DNA of 64,000 nt from an uncultured delta proteobacterium (GCA_963705165.1 CAVPJD010000030.1:1-64000), one strand, 5' to 3'; positions 37,757 through 47,902 are shown, counted from the stretch's first letter. Notes: generated by a model not told the origin, from the sequence alone. A program made the numbers and translations.

Positions 37757-38974
37757 GTGAAAAGGCTCCAGTCCACCATCTCCGGCCAGGTTTTCCCCTT
37801 CGAACGCATCGAGGAGTTCGCCGGCAACGGCGAGTCCCTGGAGGTTGGGATCGAAGGGCTGGCCAGTGCCCGCGTGAAGCCGGGCCGGCACCTCTGGGAG
37901 CGATTCGCCGACTTTCTTCCCGTCGCAATCGACGGGGATCTGACGCTTGGCGAAGGCGACACGCCGCTTCTGCCCGCGGGGAAGGCCCTCTCGGAGTTTA
38001 CCGGGATCGGGCAGATGCTCTTGAAAAACGAGACCATGAACCCCACGTGGAGCTTCAAGGACCGAGGGTCGCTCACCACGATCGCCATGGCCCGGCAGAT
38101 GGGGGAGCCCGTTACGGCTACCATCTCGACGGGCAACATGGGCCATTCCATGGCCGCCTACGGGGCGCGCGCGGGGATCCGGGCCGTTGTCTTTGTCCCG
38201 CACTATGCGCCCCTGGAGAAGATCCGCGCCATGGCCATCCACGGGGCCACGGTCGTGAAGGTCAGCGCCCCGGATTACTCCCTGATGAAAAGGGAGGTCC
38301 TGGGGCTTTCCGCTGAATGCAACCTCCGGATCGTTTCCGGTAACGGCCCGATCCGGGTCGAGGGCTACAAGCTTGCGGCCTTCGAGATGTACGAGCAGCT
38401 CGAGGGAAGGGTCCCCGGCTTCATCGCCGTGCCCACGTCGGCCTGCGGGCACCTCCGGGGCATCTTCAAGGGGTACCGGGAGCTGAAAGAGGCGGGGCTT
38501 ACCGACCGGCTTCCCAGGATGATCGTCGTCCAGGCGGCAAACGTGAACCCCGTCGTCTCGGCCATCCGGGAGGGCCGGGACCGGATCATCGCCGTATCGG
38601 GCGGGGATACCATTGCCGAGGCCATCACCTCGGGGGATCCGCCGGGCGGCGACGAGATCATTCTCAAGGCAAGACAGTACGGCTGGCTTGCCGAGGATGT
38701 GACGGAAGAAGAGATTCTCGATGCCCAGCGAAGGTTTGCCGGCGCCGGGTTTTTCGTCGAACCTGCAGCGGCCACCTCGCTTGCGGCCGTGAAAAAGCTC
38801 AGGGCAGCAGGGAAGATCGGGGAAGAGGACCCCGTCGTCCTCATGCTCACGGGCTCGGGCCTGAAGGACATGAGCGTCTTTGCCCGACAGAGCGTTGACG
38901 TTATTGAAAGCGACCTCCGGAGAATCCGGGGGGATGTGGAAAAGATACTTGCTCGACGCGGTGAAGTCTTTTAA
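37757..38974 (+). CDS. thrC: Threonine synthase-like PLP enzyme
   Basis: LGEGDTPL, NPTWSFKDRG, STGN, EPAAA, LTGSGLKD; start GTG 37757 (the longer ORF crosses the tRNA). Confidence 0.85.
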   Translation: MKRLQSTISGQVFPFERIEEFAGNGESLEVGIEGLASARVKPGRHLWERFADFLPVAIDGDLTLGEGDTPLLPAGKALSEFTGIGQMLLKNETMNPTWSFKDRGSLTTIAMARQMGEPVTATISTGNMGHSMAAYGARAGIRAVVFVPHYAPLEKIRAMAIHGATVVKVSAPDYSLMKREVLGLSAECNLRIVSGNGPIRVEGYKLAAFEMYEQLEGRVPGFIAVPTSACGHLRGIFKGYRELKEAGLTDRLPRMIVVQAANVNPVVSAIREGRDRIIAVSGGDTIAEAITSGDPPGGDEIILKARQYGWLAEDVTEEEILDAQRRFAGAGFFVEPAAATSLAAVKKLRAAGKIGEEDPVVLMLTGSGLKDMSVFARQSVDVIESDLRRIRGDVEKILARRGEVF

Positions 38975-38987
38975 AGTTCAACTAAGG

Positions 38988-39027
38988 CCCCCTCGTCTTG
39001 GCCTTCTCCCTCGGAGAGGAGAGGGAA
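38988..39027. repeat. CCCTC-type REP-like palindrome
   Basis: cccctcgtcttggccttctccctcggagaggagagggaa; related to 40845-40880. Confidence 0.55.
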
Positions 39028-39054
39028 ATCAGGGAAAGGGGCTTTTAAAGGAAA

Positions 39055-39155
39055 GATAGCCGGGCCCCGTGCAACGCCGACTTGTGAACCCCGTCAGGTC
39101 CGGAAGGAAGCAGCGGTAACAGGAACCGGCGTGTGCTACGGCAAGCCTGGCTATC
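39055..39155 (+). ncRNA. ffs: SRP RNA (4.5S, small type)
   Basis: GTCAGGTCCGGAAGGAAGCAGC helix 8; GATAGCCGGGC/GCCTGGCTATC terminal stem; upstream of dnaX. Confidence 0.97.
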
Positions 39156-39176
39156 CTTATTTATCAGACAGGGGCC

Positions 39177-40838
39177 ATGGTAGAATATCTCGTACTAGCC
39201 AGAAAGTGGAGACCCCAGGTCTTCGAGGACGTGATCGGACAGGATCACGTGGTCACGACCCTGCGCAACGCGATCCGCATGGGCCGGGTGGCCCACGCCT
39301 TCATCTTCAGCGGTCCCCGCGGCGTGGGAAAGACCTCGGTGGCCCGGATCCTGGCCAAGGCCCTCAACTGCGAGAAGGGCCCCTCCGGGATCCCCTGCAA
39401 CGCCTGCGCGAACTGCAGGGAGATTACAGAGGGCATCTCCATGGACGTCCACGAGATCGACGGGGCGTCCAACCGCGGCATCGACGAGATCCGCGAGCTC
39501 AGGGAGAACGTGAAGTTCTCCCCCTCTTCGTCGCGCTACAAGATCTACATCATCGACGAAGTGCACATGCTCACCAAGGAGGCCTTCAACGCCCTGCTGA
39601 AGACGCTCGAGGAGCCGCCGCCCCACGTCATCTTCGTCTTCGCCACCACGGAGACCCACAAGATCCCCGCCACGATCCTGTCCCGATGCCAGCGCTACGA
39701 GTTCAAGCGCATCTCCCTGAAGGAGATCACGGCCACCCTGCGCAAGATCTCTGCAGGGGAAGGCATCCAGGTAAGCGACCAGGCCCTGACATGGATCGCC
39801 CAGGGCGGCGAGGGCAGCCTCCGGGACTCCCAGAGCATCCTCGATCAGGCCATCTCCTTTGCCGGCACCGACATCGGCGATGCCGATGTGGAAGCCCTTT
39901 TGGGGAGAGGCGACCGTAAATACCTCTTCGATCTCTCCCGTGCCATCATGGGCCGCGACTCGGGCGCCTGCCTCAAGATCATCGACGAGGCCTTCTATGC
40001 CGGGGCCGACCTCAAGGTCTTCTACGAGAGGATGCTTGCCCACTTCCGCAACCTGCTGCTCGTCAAGATCACGGCAGGTCAAGGGGACCTTCTGGATCTG
40101 TCGGATCACGAGGTGACCGAGCTCACGCAACAGGCCGCAGCCGTCTCACGGGAAACGCTGCAGCGCCTGCTCGACGTGCTCATGGCCGGTGAGGAGGAGA
40201 TGCGAAAGAGCCTCAACCCCAGGCTCGTCCTGGAGTTTACGTCCGTCAAGATGGCATGGCAGGAGCCCCTGATCCCCGTCGACGAAATCCTCTTGCGCAT
40301 GGAGGGGATCGAGAAGCGACTCGGGCAGCAAGCCCCGGCCGAGCTCTCCGTGCCGCAGAAGACCTACCCGCCGCCCCCCGAGCGGACGCTGCTCGACGAG
40401 GGGACAAACGAGCCCGTCGTCAGGGAACCGGCACCGCGGGGTGCCGAGGAAAGCTGGGAAGGCTTCAAGCAGTTCGTTAAAAGAAAAAATCAGCCGCTCT
40501 GGGCGAAGATCGAACCGGGAAAGCTTCTCGGGTTCGGCGGCGGAGTGCTCAGGCTCGGATTTCCGAGGGGCTACCTCTTTCTTGATTTCTTCGAAGAGAA
40601 ACCCCAGCGGGACAAACTCGAGGAAATGGCCCGGGAATTCTTCAGCCAGACGGTCACCCTGTCCGTGGAGACGATCGACAACGGGCCCGGAGAGGCCAGC
40701 GGCCCGGCGCGAAACGGCCCATACCAGAGCCGGGCGAACCAGATCCGCCGTGAGGCCCTGAACCACCCGCTCCTGCAGAAGGTTATGGATGTCTTCGAGG
40801 GGGCCGAGGTGCAGGAGGTTATCGTCAAGGAGAAGTAG
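39177..40838 (+). CDS. dnaX: DNA polymerase III subunit gamma/tau
   Basis: YLVLARKWRP, GPRGVGKT, Zn Cys motif, IIDEVHML, SRC. Confidence 0.98.
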   Translation: MVEYLVLARKWRPQVFEDVIGQDHVVTTLRNAIRMGRVAHAFIFSGPRGVGKTSVARILAKALNCEKGPSGIPCNACANCREITEGISMDVHEIDGASNRGIDEIRELRENVKFSPSSSRYKIYIIDEVHMLTKEAFNALLKTLEEPPPHVIFVFATTETHKIPATILSRCQRYEFKRISLKEITATLRKISAGEGIQVSDQALTWIAQGGEGSLRDSQSILDQAISFAGTDIGDADVEALLGRGDRKYLFDLSRAIMGRDSGACLKIIDEAFYAGADLKVFYERMLAHFRNLLLVKITAGQGDLLDLSDHEVTELTQQAAAVSRETLQRLLDVLMAGEEEMRKSLNPRLVLEFTSVKMAWQEPLIPVDEILLRMEGIEKRLGQQAPAELSVPQKTYPPPPERTLLDEGTNEPVVREPAPRGAEESWEGFKQFVKRKNQPLWAKIEPGKLLGFGGGVLRLGFPRGYLFLDFFEEKPQRDKLEEMAREFFSQTVTLSVETIDNGPGEASGPARNGPYQSRANQIRREALNHPLLQKVMDVFEGAEVQEVIVKEK

Positions 40839-40844
40839 AATTCA

Positions 40845-40880
40845 CCCTCACCTCAATCCTCTCCCCTCAAGGGAGAGGAA
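40845..40880. repeat. CCCTCACC-type REP-like palindrome
   Basis: ccctcacctcaatcctctcccctcaagggagagga. Confidence 0.65.
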
Positions 40881-40917
40881 GATCAAGGTAATAGATGTTG
40901 TATAGGAGGATACGGTT

Positions 40918-41226
40918 TTGAACTTTCAAAATATGATGAAACAGGCCCAGAAGCTTCAGGAAAAGATGGTGAAGGTCCAGGAGGAGCTTGCCGCAAAGAC
41001 CGTGGAGGCTACCTCCGGCGGCGGCATGGTGACGGCTGTTGTCAACGGCAAGTTTGAGCTGATGTCCATCCGGATCGAAAAAGACGTTGTCAACCCCGAC
41101 GATATCGACATGCTGCAGGACCTCATCATCGCGGCGGTGAACGAAGGGGTCCGCAAGGCCCAGGAAATGGCCTCGGCGGAAATGGCGAAGGTCACAGGCG
41201 GGATGAAGCTTCCCGGCATGATGTGA
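40918..41226 (+). CDS. ybaB: YbaB/EbfC nucleoid-associated protein
   Basis: MMKQAQKLQ, SGGGMV, LQDLIIAAVN; dnaX-ybaB-recR order. Confidence 0.97.
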   Translation: MNFQNMMKQAQKLQEKMVKVQEELAAKTVEATSGGGMVTAVVNGKFELMSIRIEKDVVNPDDIDMLQDLIIAAVNEGVRKAQEMASAEMAKVTGGMKLPGMM

Positions 41227-41239
41227 GAGGGCGCGTTAA

Positions 41240-41839
41240 ATGACGGGATACGCAGCGCCCATTCAGCGTCTCATCCAGGAGCTGGGCCGCCTGCCCGGGA
41301 TCGGCGAGAAGACGGCCACGCGCCTGGCCATGTTCATCCTGCGCTGGTCCACCGAAGAGGCAAAAAGGCTTGCCGAAAGCATCGTCGACGTGAAGGAAAA
41401 GATCTGTTTCTGCTCGGTTTGCTTCAACCTTGCCGAGGGGGAGCTCTGCGCCGTCTGCTCCGACCCGTCCCGGGACCGGGAGCGGATCTGCGTTGTCGAG
41501 AACCCCGACTCGCTCACCGCCATCGAGGAAAGCGGGAGCTTCCGCGGCACCTACCACGTTCTTCACGGGGCCCTTGCCCCCCTGGACGGGATCGGCCCCG
41601 ATCAGATACGGGTTCGCGAGCTTGCCGAGCGCCTGGAACGGGGCGGCGTCCGGGAAGTTATCCTGGCCACCAACCCCAGCGTCCAGGGGGAGGCGACGGC
41701 GCTGCTCATCATGAGACTTTTGAAAGACAAGGGGCTCGAGGTCACCCGGATCGCCCTCGGCGTTCCCGTAGGTGGCGATCTTCGTTACACGGACAAGATG
41801 ACTCTGACCAAAGCGATGGAATACCGCCGAGGCATGTAA
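41240..41839 (+). CDS. recR: Recombination mediator RecR
   Basis: LPGIGEKTA HhH, C4 zinc finger, Toprim EVILAT. Confidence 0.98.
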   Translation: MTGYAAPIQRLIQELGRLPGIGEKTATRLAMFILRWSTEEAKRLAESIVDVKEKICFCSVCFNLAEGELCAVCSDPSRDRERICVVENPDSLTAIEESGSFRGTYHVLHGALAPLDGIGPDQIRVRELAERLERGGVREVILATNPSVQGEATALLIMRLLKDKGLEVTRIALGVPVGGDLRYTDKMTLTKAMEYRRGM

Positions 41840-41851
41840 ACGGGCAGGCCG

Positions 41852-42619
41852 TTACCCTTCGCAGGATCCATTCTTCTGCTGGCGGCTTTTCCTGATCAGG
41901 TCCACTCCCAACAAGGTCAGCACGACGGCGAAGATGACCCTCAGCGTCCCCTCCGGCAGGTGATTGGCCGCAATTCCCCCCAGGAAGGCCCCGAGGATGA
42001 TCCCGGCGGCCAGGCCCGGCAGGATCCTGGTGACCACGTTCCCATGGCGCCAGTGGGTGTAGGAACCGACGGCTGCCGCCGGAACCATGCTCAGCAGGGA
42101 GCTTCCCTGTGCGATGTGCTGGTTCATCCCGACAAAGAGGACCATCCCTGCGATCAGGAAAGCCCCGCCGCCGATGCCCAGCAGCCCCGCGATGAAACCT
42201 GTCGCAAGGCCGGTGGCCGCAAGGGCGGCAACCGCGGGCCAGCCCGTCAGGGACGTTACGGCCAGTGCCCCCAGGTGGGGCTTTGCGACGAGAAGGGCGG
42301 CAGCGGCAAGCAGGACGCAGCCGAAGTATCGTTTCAGCCTCCATTCGGGAAGGCTCGAGCAGTAACGGGCACCGACCCGGGCCGTGAGCGAGGCCGAGAC
42401 GGCCAGGATCAAGGCTGCCGTGAAATCGATGGTTCCCTCCATGGCGTAGGCGCAAGACCCGGAAAGTCCTGCGAAAACCACGACCGCGAGGCTCGTTCCA
42501 TGGGCGCTCGCCTGGGACAGTCCGAGTCGCCGGGTCATCAGGGGAATCATGATCACCCCCCCGCCCAGCCCCACGAGGCCGCCGAAAATCCCGGAAACCA
42601 ACCCAATCAGAAAGCTCAT
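41852..42619 (-). CDS. TauE/SafE family membrane transporter
   Basis: Duplicated GLVGLGGG / GLLGIGGG motifs, A.GTSL; start ATG 42619. Confidence 0.92.
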   Translation of the reverse strand: MSFLIGLVSGIFGGLVGLGGGVIMIPLMTRRLGLSQASAHGTSLAVVVFAGLSGSCAYAMEGTIDFTAALILAVSASLTARVGARYCSSLPEWRLKRYFGCVLLAAAALLVAKPHLGALAVTSLTGWPAVAALAATGLATGFIAGLLGIGGGAFLIAGMVLFVGMNQHIAQGSSLLSMVPAAAVGSYTHWRHGNVVTRILPGLAAGIILGAFLGGIAANHLPEGTLRVIFAVVLTLLGVDLIRKSRQQKNGSCEG

Positions 42620-42857
42620 GCCCCTTCTCCTTCCGCTCGCGATAAAACCTAACACATAACAGATGTTTATATCCACCCCGGAGTATGGCCGCACCGTCCC
42701 GCAGCTCCCGGGAAAGGGACAATACTATCTGAAAAGTTACCACTTTGGTATTGACAGGGAAACCCGATTCGGATAAGTGAAATCCTCTATAATTCGATTT
42801 CTATCAATTCGTCGTTCATGCAGTCAGAACGCAAATCTTTCCGGGGGAGAATCACCG

Positions 42858-43412
42858 ATGATCGAGATCAGATGGCATGGCAGAGGTGGCCAGGGGGCCG
42901 TCACATCCGTCGAGATGCTGGCCCTGGCGGCCATCGAGGAAGGAAAATACGCCCAGGGCTTTCCGGCCTTTGGTCCGGAGAGGCGCGGAGCGCCCGTCAT
43001 GGCCTTCAACCGCGTCTCGGACAAGCCCATCAAGATCCGTTCGGGCATCTACCGCCCCGACGTGGTCGTCGTCCTCGACCCCAGCCTCGTGGGCCTTGTT
43101 CCCGTCACCGACGGGCTCAAGCCCGGAGGGATTCTCATCGTCAACACGACGAAGCCGGCCGAGGACCTTCGGAAAAAATTGAATTACAGCGGGAAACTGT
43201 TCACCGTCGATGCCTCGCACATCGCGAGGGAGGAACTCGGAGTTCCCATCGCGAACACGACCATGCTTGGGGCCGTCCTCAAGGCCACGGGCGTTCTCAG
43301 TCTTGCCGCCATGAAATCGCCCCTCGAGCACCGTTTCGGCCGCGTGGCCGCCAAGAACATGTCCGCCATGAAGCGGGCCTTTAACGAAATGAAATCAGCA
43401 AAAGCCGCCTGA
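42858..43412 (+). CDS. porC: Pyruvate/2-oxoacid:ferredoxin oxidoreductase gamma subunit
   Basis: EIRWHGRGGQG, FGPERRGAPV. Confidence 0.95.
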   Translation: MIEIRWHGRGGQGAVTSVEMLALAAIEEGKYAQGFPAFGPERRGAPVMAFNRVSDKPIKIRSGIYRPDVVVVLDPSLVGLVPVTDGLKPGGILIVNTTKPAEDLRKKLNYSGKLFTVDASHIAREELGVPIANTTMLGAVLKATGVLSLAAMKSPLEHRFGRVAAKNMSAMKRAFNEMKSAKAA

Positions 43413-43430
43413 GCGACAAGAGGTTCTGAT

Positions 43431-43739
43431 ATGGCAAAGAAAAAGACAGAGCAGAAGAAGTGGCCCGAAAAGTGGCATGAAGTCAATCCCGGCTGCATGG
43501 TCTTTGCTGCGGGAAACGCCGCCAACTACAAGACCGGAAGCTGGAAGTCCCAGCGCCCTTTGACGGACAACGCCAAATGCATCAAGTGCGGGATCTGCTA
43601 TATTTTCTGTCCGGAAGCCTGCATCCAGGAAGTGAAGGACGGATTCTTTGAGGCGAACCTGGACTACTGCAAGGGTTGCGGAATCTGTGCCCACGAATGC
43701 TGGCCCGGCGCCATCGTGATGCGCGAGGAGGAAGAGTAA
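43431..43739 (+). CDS. porD: Pyruvate/2-oxoacid:ferredoxin oxidoreductase delta subunit
   Basis: KTGSW, two CxxCxxCxxxC motifs. Confidence 0.95.
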   Translation: MAKKKTEQKKWPEKWHEVNPGCMVFAAGNAANYKTGSWKSQRPLTDNAKCIKCGICYIFCPEACIQEVKDGFFEANLDYCKGCGICAHECWPGAIVMREEEE

Positions 43740-43740
43740 G

Positions 43741-44904
43741 ATGGGAAAACGCATTGGAATGGAAGTGGCCATCGCGGCGGCCGAGGCCGTTGCGCTCTGT
43801 AATATAGACGTGGCAGCCGTCTACCCGATCACCCCGCAGTCACACATCGCCGAGCACATGGCGGACATCATCCACGACGGCCGGATTGACGCCGAGTTCA
43901 TCACCGTCGAGTCGGAACACTCCGCCATCAGCGCCTGCGCCGGCGCCTCGGCGGCCGGGGCCCGCGCCTACACGGCGACAAGCTCTCAGGGCCTCATGCT
44001 GATGCACGAGATCCTGCCCATCGTCTCGGCCATGCGGCTTCCCATCTGCATGGCCAACGCCAACCGCGCCGTATCGGGACCGCTCAACATCTGGAACGAC
44101 CATGGCGACATCATGCCCCAGCGCGACAGCGGCTGGATCAGCCTCTTCACGGAAAACGGGCAGGAGGCCATCGACCTCTCGATCATGTCCTTCAAGATCG
44201 CCGAGGATCCCGAGGTGATGCTGCCCTGTGTCGTCAACATCGACGGATTTCAGCTCACCCACATGATCGAGCCCCTCGAGCTCCCCGGCCAGGCCGAAGT
44301 GGCGAAGTTTCTGCCGCCGAGAAAACCTTTCGCCCAGCTGCATCCGGACAACCCGATCTCCATGGGCTGCTTCGCCATGCCCGACACCTACACGGAGACC
44401 GTGAAGGCCAAGGAGACGGCCCTGATCAACTCCAAAAAGATCATCACGAGGGTCTTCAACGAGTGGGCAAAACGTTTCGGCCGGAAGTACAATGTGGTCG
44501 AGACCTACAGAACCAAGGGCGCCGACACCCTCCTGCTGACCATGGGCTCCATGGGCGAGACGGCCGCCACGGCTGTCGACGAGATGAGGAAGGCGGGTAA
44601 AAAAGTCGGACTCGTCAAGCTCCGCCTCTGGAGGCCGTTCCCCGTCGAGGAGCTGAAAGCCGCCATCAAGGAGTGCAAGACGCTTATCGTCATGGACCGT
44701 GCGATCTCCACGGGGGGCGCCGGCGGTCCCGTGGCCACGGACATCAAATCGCTCCTTTATGGCGAAAAAACAAGACCCCGGATTCTGAACGTCATAGCAG
44801 GCCTCGGCGGACGAGACCTGACCGTTGAAGATTTTGTGGCCATGTTCGAGATGGCGAAAAAGAAAAAAGACGAAACCTACGAATTATACGGAGTGAGGGA
44901 ATAA
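43741..44904 (+). CDS. porA: Pyruvate/2-oxoacid:ferredoxin oxidoreductase alpha subunit
   Basis: YPITPQ, ESEHSA, TATSSQG, GLGGRD. Confidence 0.95.
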   Translation: MGKRIGMEVAIAAAEAVALCNIDVAAVYPITPQSHIAEHMADIIHDGRIDAEFITVESEHSAISACAGASAAGARAYTATSSQGLMLMHEILPIVSAMRLPICMANANRAVSGPLNIWNDHGDIMPQRDSGWISLFTENGQEAIDLSIMSFKIAEDPEVMLPCVVNIDGFQLTHMIEPLELPGQAEVAKFLPPRKPFAQLHPDNPISMGCFAMPDTYTETVKAKETALINSKKIITRVFNEWAKRFGRKYNVVETYRTKGADTLLLTMGSMGETAATAVDEMRKAGKKVGLVKLRLWRPFPVEELKAAIKECKTLIVMDRAISTGGAGGPVATDIKSLLYGEKTRPRILNVIAGLGGRDLTVEDFVAMFEMAKKKKDETYELYGVRE

Positions 44905-45851
44905 TGAACTCGGTACAGAATTTCGAGATCTTCGCACCGAAGCTGATCGACAGGAAGGAATATATCAGTGCCGGCCACCGCGCCTGCCAGGGCTGCGGCG
45001 AGGTGCTTGCCCTTCGGCACATCCTGAAGGCCCTTGGCGACGACGTGGTCGTCGCAAACGCCACGGGCTGCATGGAGATCATTTCCTCGGGCTACCCCCA
45101 GACGGCCTGGGAGGTTCCTTATGTCCACGTTGCTTTCGAGAACGCTGCAGCGGTGGGATCCGGTGTCGAGGCGGCCCTGAAGGCCCTCCGGCGAAAAGGC
45201 CGCATTGCCGATCGCGACGTGAAGACCATCGCCGTGGCCGGCGACGGCGGCACCGCCGACATCGGGCTGCAGGCCCTCTCCGGCGCCATGGAGCGCGGCC
45301 ACGACATGATCTTCTTCTGCCTGGACAACGAAGCCTACATGAACACGGGCATCCAGCGCTCAAGCGCCACCCCCTTCATGGCGGCCACGACAACCTCGCC
45401 TGCCGGCAAGGCCATCCCGGGCCAGCGAACTCAGAAAAAGAACGTTCCCGAGATCATGGTGGCCCACAAAGTCCCCTACGTGGCCACGGCCTGCCCGAGC
45501 TACCCCATCGATCTCATCAATAAGGTGAAGAAGGCAAAAGAAGTGAAAGGACCTGCCTACGTGCATGTATTTTCCATGTGCCCCACAGGCTGGCGCTGCG
45601 CCTCGGAGATCACCATCAAGATGGGACGGCTCGCCGTCGAGACGGGCGTCTTTCCCCTCTACGAGGTGGAGAACGGCAAGTACCGGCTCACGATGGAAGT
45701 TCCCGAGAAGCTTCGCCCTGTAGGGGATTATCTGAAGCCTCAGGGGCGGTTCCGCCATTTGGGCCCCTCGGACATCGAAAAAGTCCAGGCGCAGGTCATC
45801 CGCGAATGGGAAATTCTTCTCAACAAAGTCGAGTGCATGCAGCCCTGGTAA
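44904..45851 (+). CDS. porB: Pyruvate/2-oxoacid:ferredoxin oxidoreductase beta subunit
   Basis: GHRACQGCG, ATGC, GDGG..DNEAYMNTG TPP motif, CPTGW. Confidence 0.95.
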   Translation: MNSVQNFEIFAPKLIDRKEYISAGHRACQGCGEVLALRHILKALGDDVVVANATGCMEIISSGYPQTAWEVPYVHVAFENAAAVGSGVEAALKALRRKGRIADRDVKTIAVAGDGGTADIGLQALSGAMERGHDMIFFCLDNEAYMNTGIQRSSATPFMAATTTSPAGKAIPGQRTQKKNVPEIMVAHKVPYVATACPSYPIDLINKVKKAKEVKGPAYVHVFSMCPTGWRCASEITIKMGRLAVETGVFPLYEVENGKYRLTMEVPEKLRPVGDYLKPQGRFRHLGPSDIEKVQAQVIREWEILLNKVECMQPW

Positions 45852-45903
45852 GGTTCCACGTCACGGGACGAAAACAGAAAACGGAAAGATAGGGTGACAG
45901 GGA

Positions 45904-47808
45904 ATGAGCGCAGTATCCTTCAGCAGCTGGAATGGAAAGATCATCGACAACCGGACCGGGAAGGCGGTGAAGGCCGCCGACGCAGGCGTCCCGAAAATGA
46001 TGGGCGACAAGTCCTTTACGGCCCTTTTGGGCTGGAACGGCATGGTCGTCGCGGATGCCATTGCGAACGTCCCGTCGCTGGCCCTCGCCTACCTGAAGGA
46101 AGCGAGGAAGCTGTCCTGCGGTGAGTGCTCCGTCTGCAGCATCGGCATCGACCGGGTGACGGCGCTCCTGGAAGGGCTCATCGCCGGGAAAGGCAAAAAG
46201 CAGGACATCGCCGAGATCGAGCGGGTCGCCAAGGGGGTCATGGAGCTCTCCAAGTGCAATTTCGGCCGGGCCTCGGCCGTCACCCCCGTCTTCGATGCCA
46301 TCCGGTACTACAAGGATGATTTCCTCGCCCTGACCGGGGGGAAGAAAGGCACCACGAGGCCCTACAAGGTGGCCGTCACGGCCCCTTGCCTGGAGGCCTG
46401 CCCGGCAAAGCTCGACATCCCGGGATACATCGAGCTGATCCGCAACAACAAGTTCGGCGAATCCCTCAACCTCATCCGCAAGCGCTGCATCCTGCCCGGC
46501 GTCATCGGCCGGGCCTGCACCCACCCCTGCGAGGAGGCCTGCGTGCGCGGCGGCATCGACAAGACCCTGGCCATCCGCCTGCTGAAGCGCTCGGCGGCGG
46601 ACAACGACCTGGCCGCAGGGGCCAGCGCCCTGAAGAAGCCCGCAGCGGAAAGGCCGGAAAAAGTGGCCATCGTCGGTGCGGGGCCAGCCGGGCTTGCCGC
46701 GGCCTACCACCTCAGGAGAATGGGATACCAGGTCACGATATTCGAGGCCTTCCCGAAAGGCGGCGGCATGGCCGCCGTGGGCATCCCCGACTACAGGCTG
46801 CCCAAGGGCATCCTCGAACACGAGATCAAGCTCATCCGCGCACTCGGTGCCGATATCCAGTACAACAAAAAAATCACGAAACTCGACATGGACGAGCTCA
46901 CGGCCCAGGGTTTCAAGGCCATCTTCCTGAGCGTGGGCGCCCACGAGGGTACCAAGATCGGCTGCAAGGGCGAAGATGCGGGCTATGAAGGCTTCGTTGA
47001 CGGCGCCGTTTTTCTCCGGAATCTGGCCCTCGGCAAGCCCGTCGAGCCCAAAGGGAAAGTCGTCATCGTCGGTGGGGGCAACGTGGCCATGGACTGCGCC
47101 CGGAGCTGTCTGCGCCTGGGATTCAAGGACGTAGAGATCCTCTACCGGCGCACCCGCAAGGAAATGCCCGCAAGCCCCGCAGAGATCGAAGAGGCCCTTG
47201 AGGAAGGGGTCAAGATCCGCTTCCTCGTCGCCCCCGTGAGCGTCCTTGCCGACGGAAACACGGCGAAGGGCGTGGAGTGCATCCGCATGAAGCTGGGTGC
47301 TCCCGATTCCAGCGGGCGGAGCCGTCCCATCCCGGTGAAAGGATCCGAGTTCAAGGTGAAGGCGGACATGGTCATTCCCGCCACGGGCCAGAAGCCGGAC
47401 CTCAGATTTGTGAAGGATCTCGTACCGGTGACGGGCTGGGGCACCATCGAGGTGAACCCCGAAACCCTTCGGACCAACCTGGAAAACGTATTCGCAGGCG
47501 GTGACTGCGTATCCGGTCCCGCGACCCTCATCGAGGCCCTCGATGCGGGCAACAAGGTGGCCCGCAGCATCGACGCCTACCTGCAGGGCCGAACCTACGA
47601 GCCCGAGGTGAGCTTCAAGGGGATCGACGTGAAGGCCCAGCGCGCAACGGGCTTCATCGATGCCTGCGCCCAGGAGAAGGTGAGCCTGCTCGACCCGAAG
47701 GCACGCGTCAAGAGCTTCGCCGAGGTCGAGGCCCCTTACAGCGACACGGCGGCCATGAAGGAAGCAAACCGCTGCCTGCGCTGCTACCGGCTGGTGGTCT
47801 GGGAATAA
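45904..47808 (+). CDS. GltD/NfnB-like FAD-NAD(P) oxidoreductase with N-terminal NuoF-type [4Fe-4S] domain
   Basis: SCGECSVC..SKCNFG; PCLEACP, GRACTHPCEEAC; VGAGPAG; GGGNVAMD; YRR; EANRCLRC. Confidence 0.88.
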   Translation: MSAVSFSSWNGKIIDNRTGKAVKAADAGVPKMMGDKSFTALLGWNGMVVADAIANVPSLALAYLKEARKLSCGECSVCSIGIDRVTALLEGLIAGKGKKQDIAEIERVAKGVMELSKCNFGRASAVTPVFDAIRYYKDDFLALTGGKKGTTRPYKVAVTAPCLEACPAKLDIPGYIELIRNNKFGESLNLIRKRCILPGVIGRACTHPCEEACVRGGIDKTLAIRLLKRSAADNDLAAGASALKKPAAERPEKVAIVGAGPAGLAAAYHLRRMGYQVTIFEAFPKGGGMAAVGIPDYRLPKGILEHEIKLIRALGADIQYNKKITKLDMDELTAQGFKAIFLSVGAHEGTKIGCKGEDAGYEGFVDGAVFLRNLALGKPVEPKGKVVIVGGGNVAMDCARSCLRLGFKDVEILYRRTRKEMPASPAEIEEALEEGVKIRFLVAPVSVLADGNTAKGVECIRMKLGAPDSSGRSRPIPVKGSEFKVKADMVIPATGQKPDLRFVKDLVPVTGWGTIEVNPETLRTNLENVFAGGDCVSGPATLIEALDAGNKVARSIDAYLQGRTYEPEVSFKGIDVKAQRATGFIDACAQEKVSLLDPKARVKSFAEVEAPYSDTAAMKEANRCLRCYRLVVWE

Positions 47809-47810
47809 TC

Positions 47811-47902
47811 TGGTCCATCTAGTCTATCTGGTCTGTTTGGTCTGTTTCGTCGAAAGAAAAGACTGAAGAGACCGAAGAGACGGAACGACAGAATAGACAA
47901 GA
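47811..47902. repeat. Inverted 9-mer tandem-repeat hairpin
   Basis: tggtccatc tagtctatc tggtctgtt tggtctgtt ... gactgaaga gaccgaaga gacggaac gacagaata. Confidence 0.8.

Noticed and set aside
40483..40490. dnaX -1 frameshift site A AAA AAT
   Set aside because: Not the efficient A AAA AAG, no nearby stop in the -1 frame, no clear stimulatory elements.
30795..45870. Additional parS-like sequences near 30800, 34357, 37071 and 45852
   Set aside because: Half-sites only.
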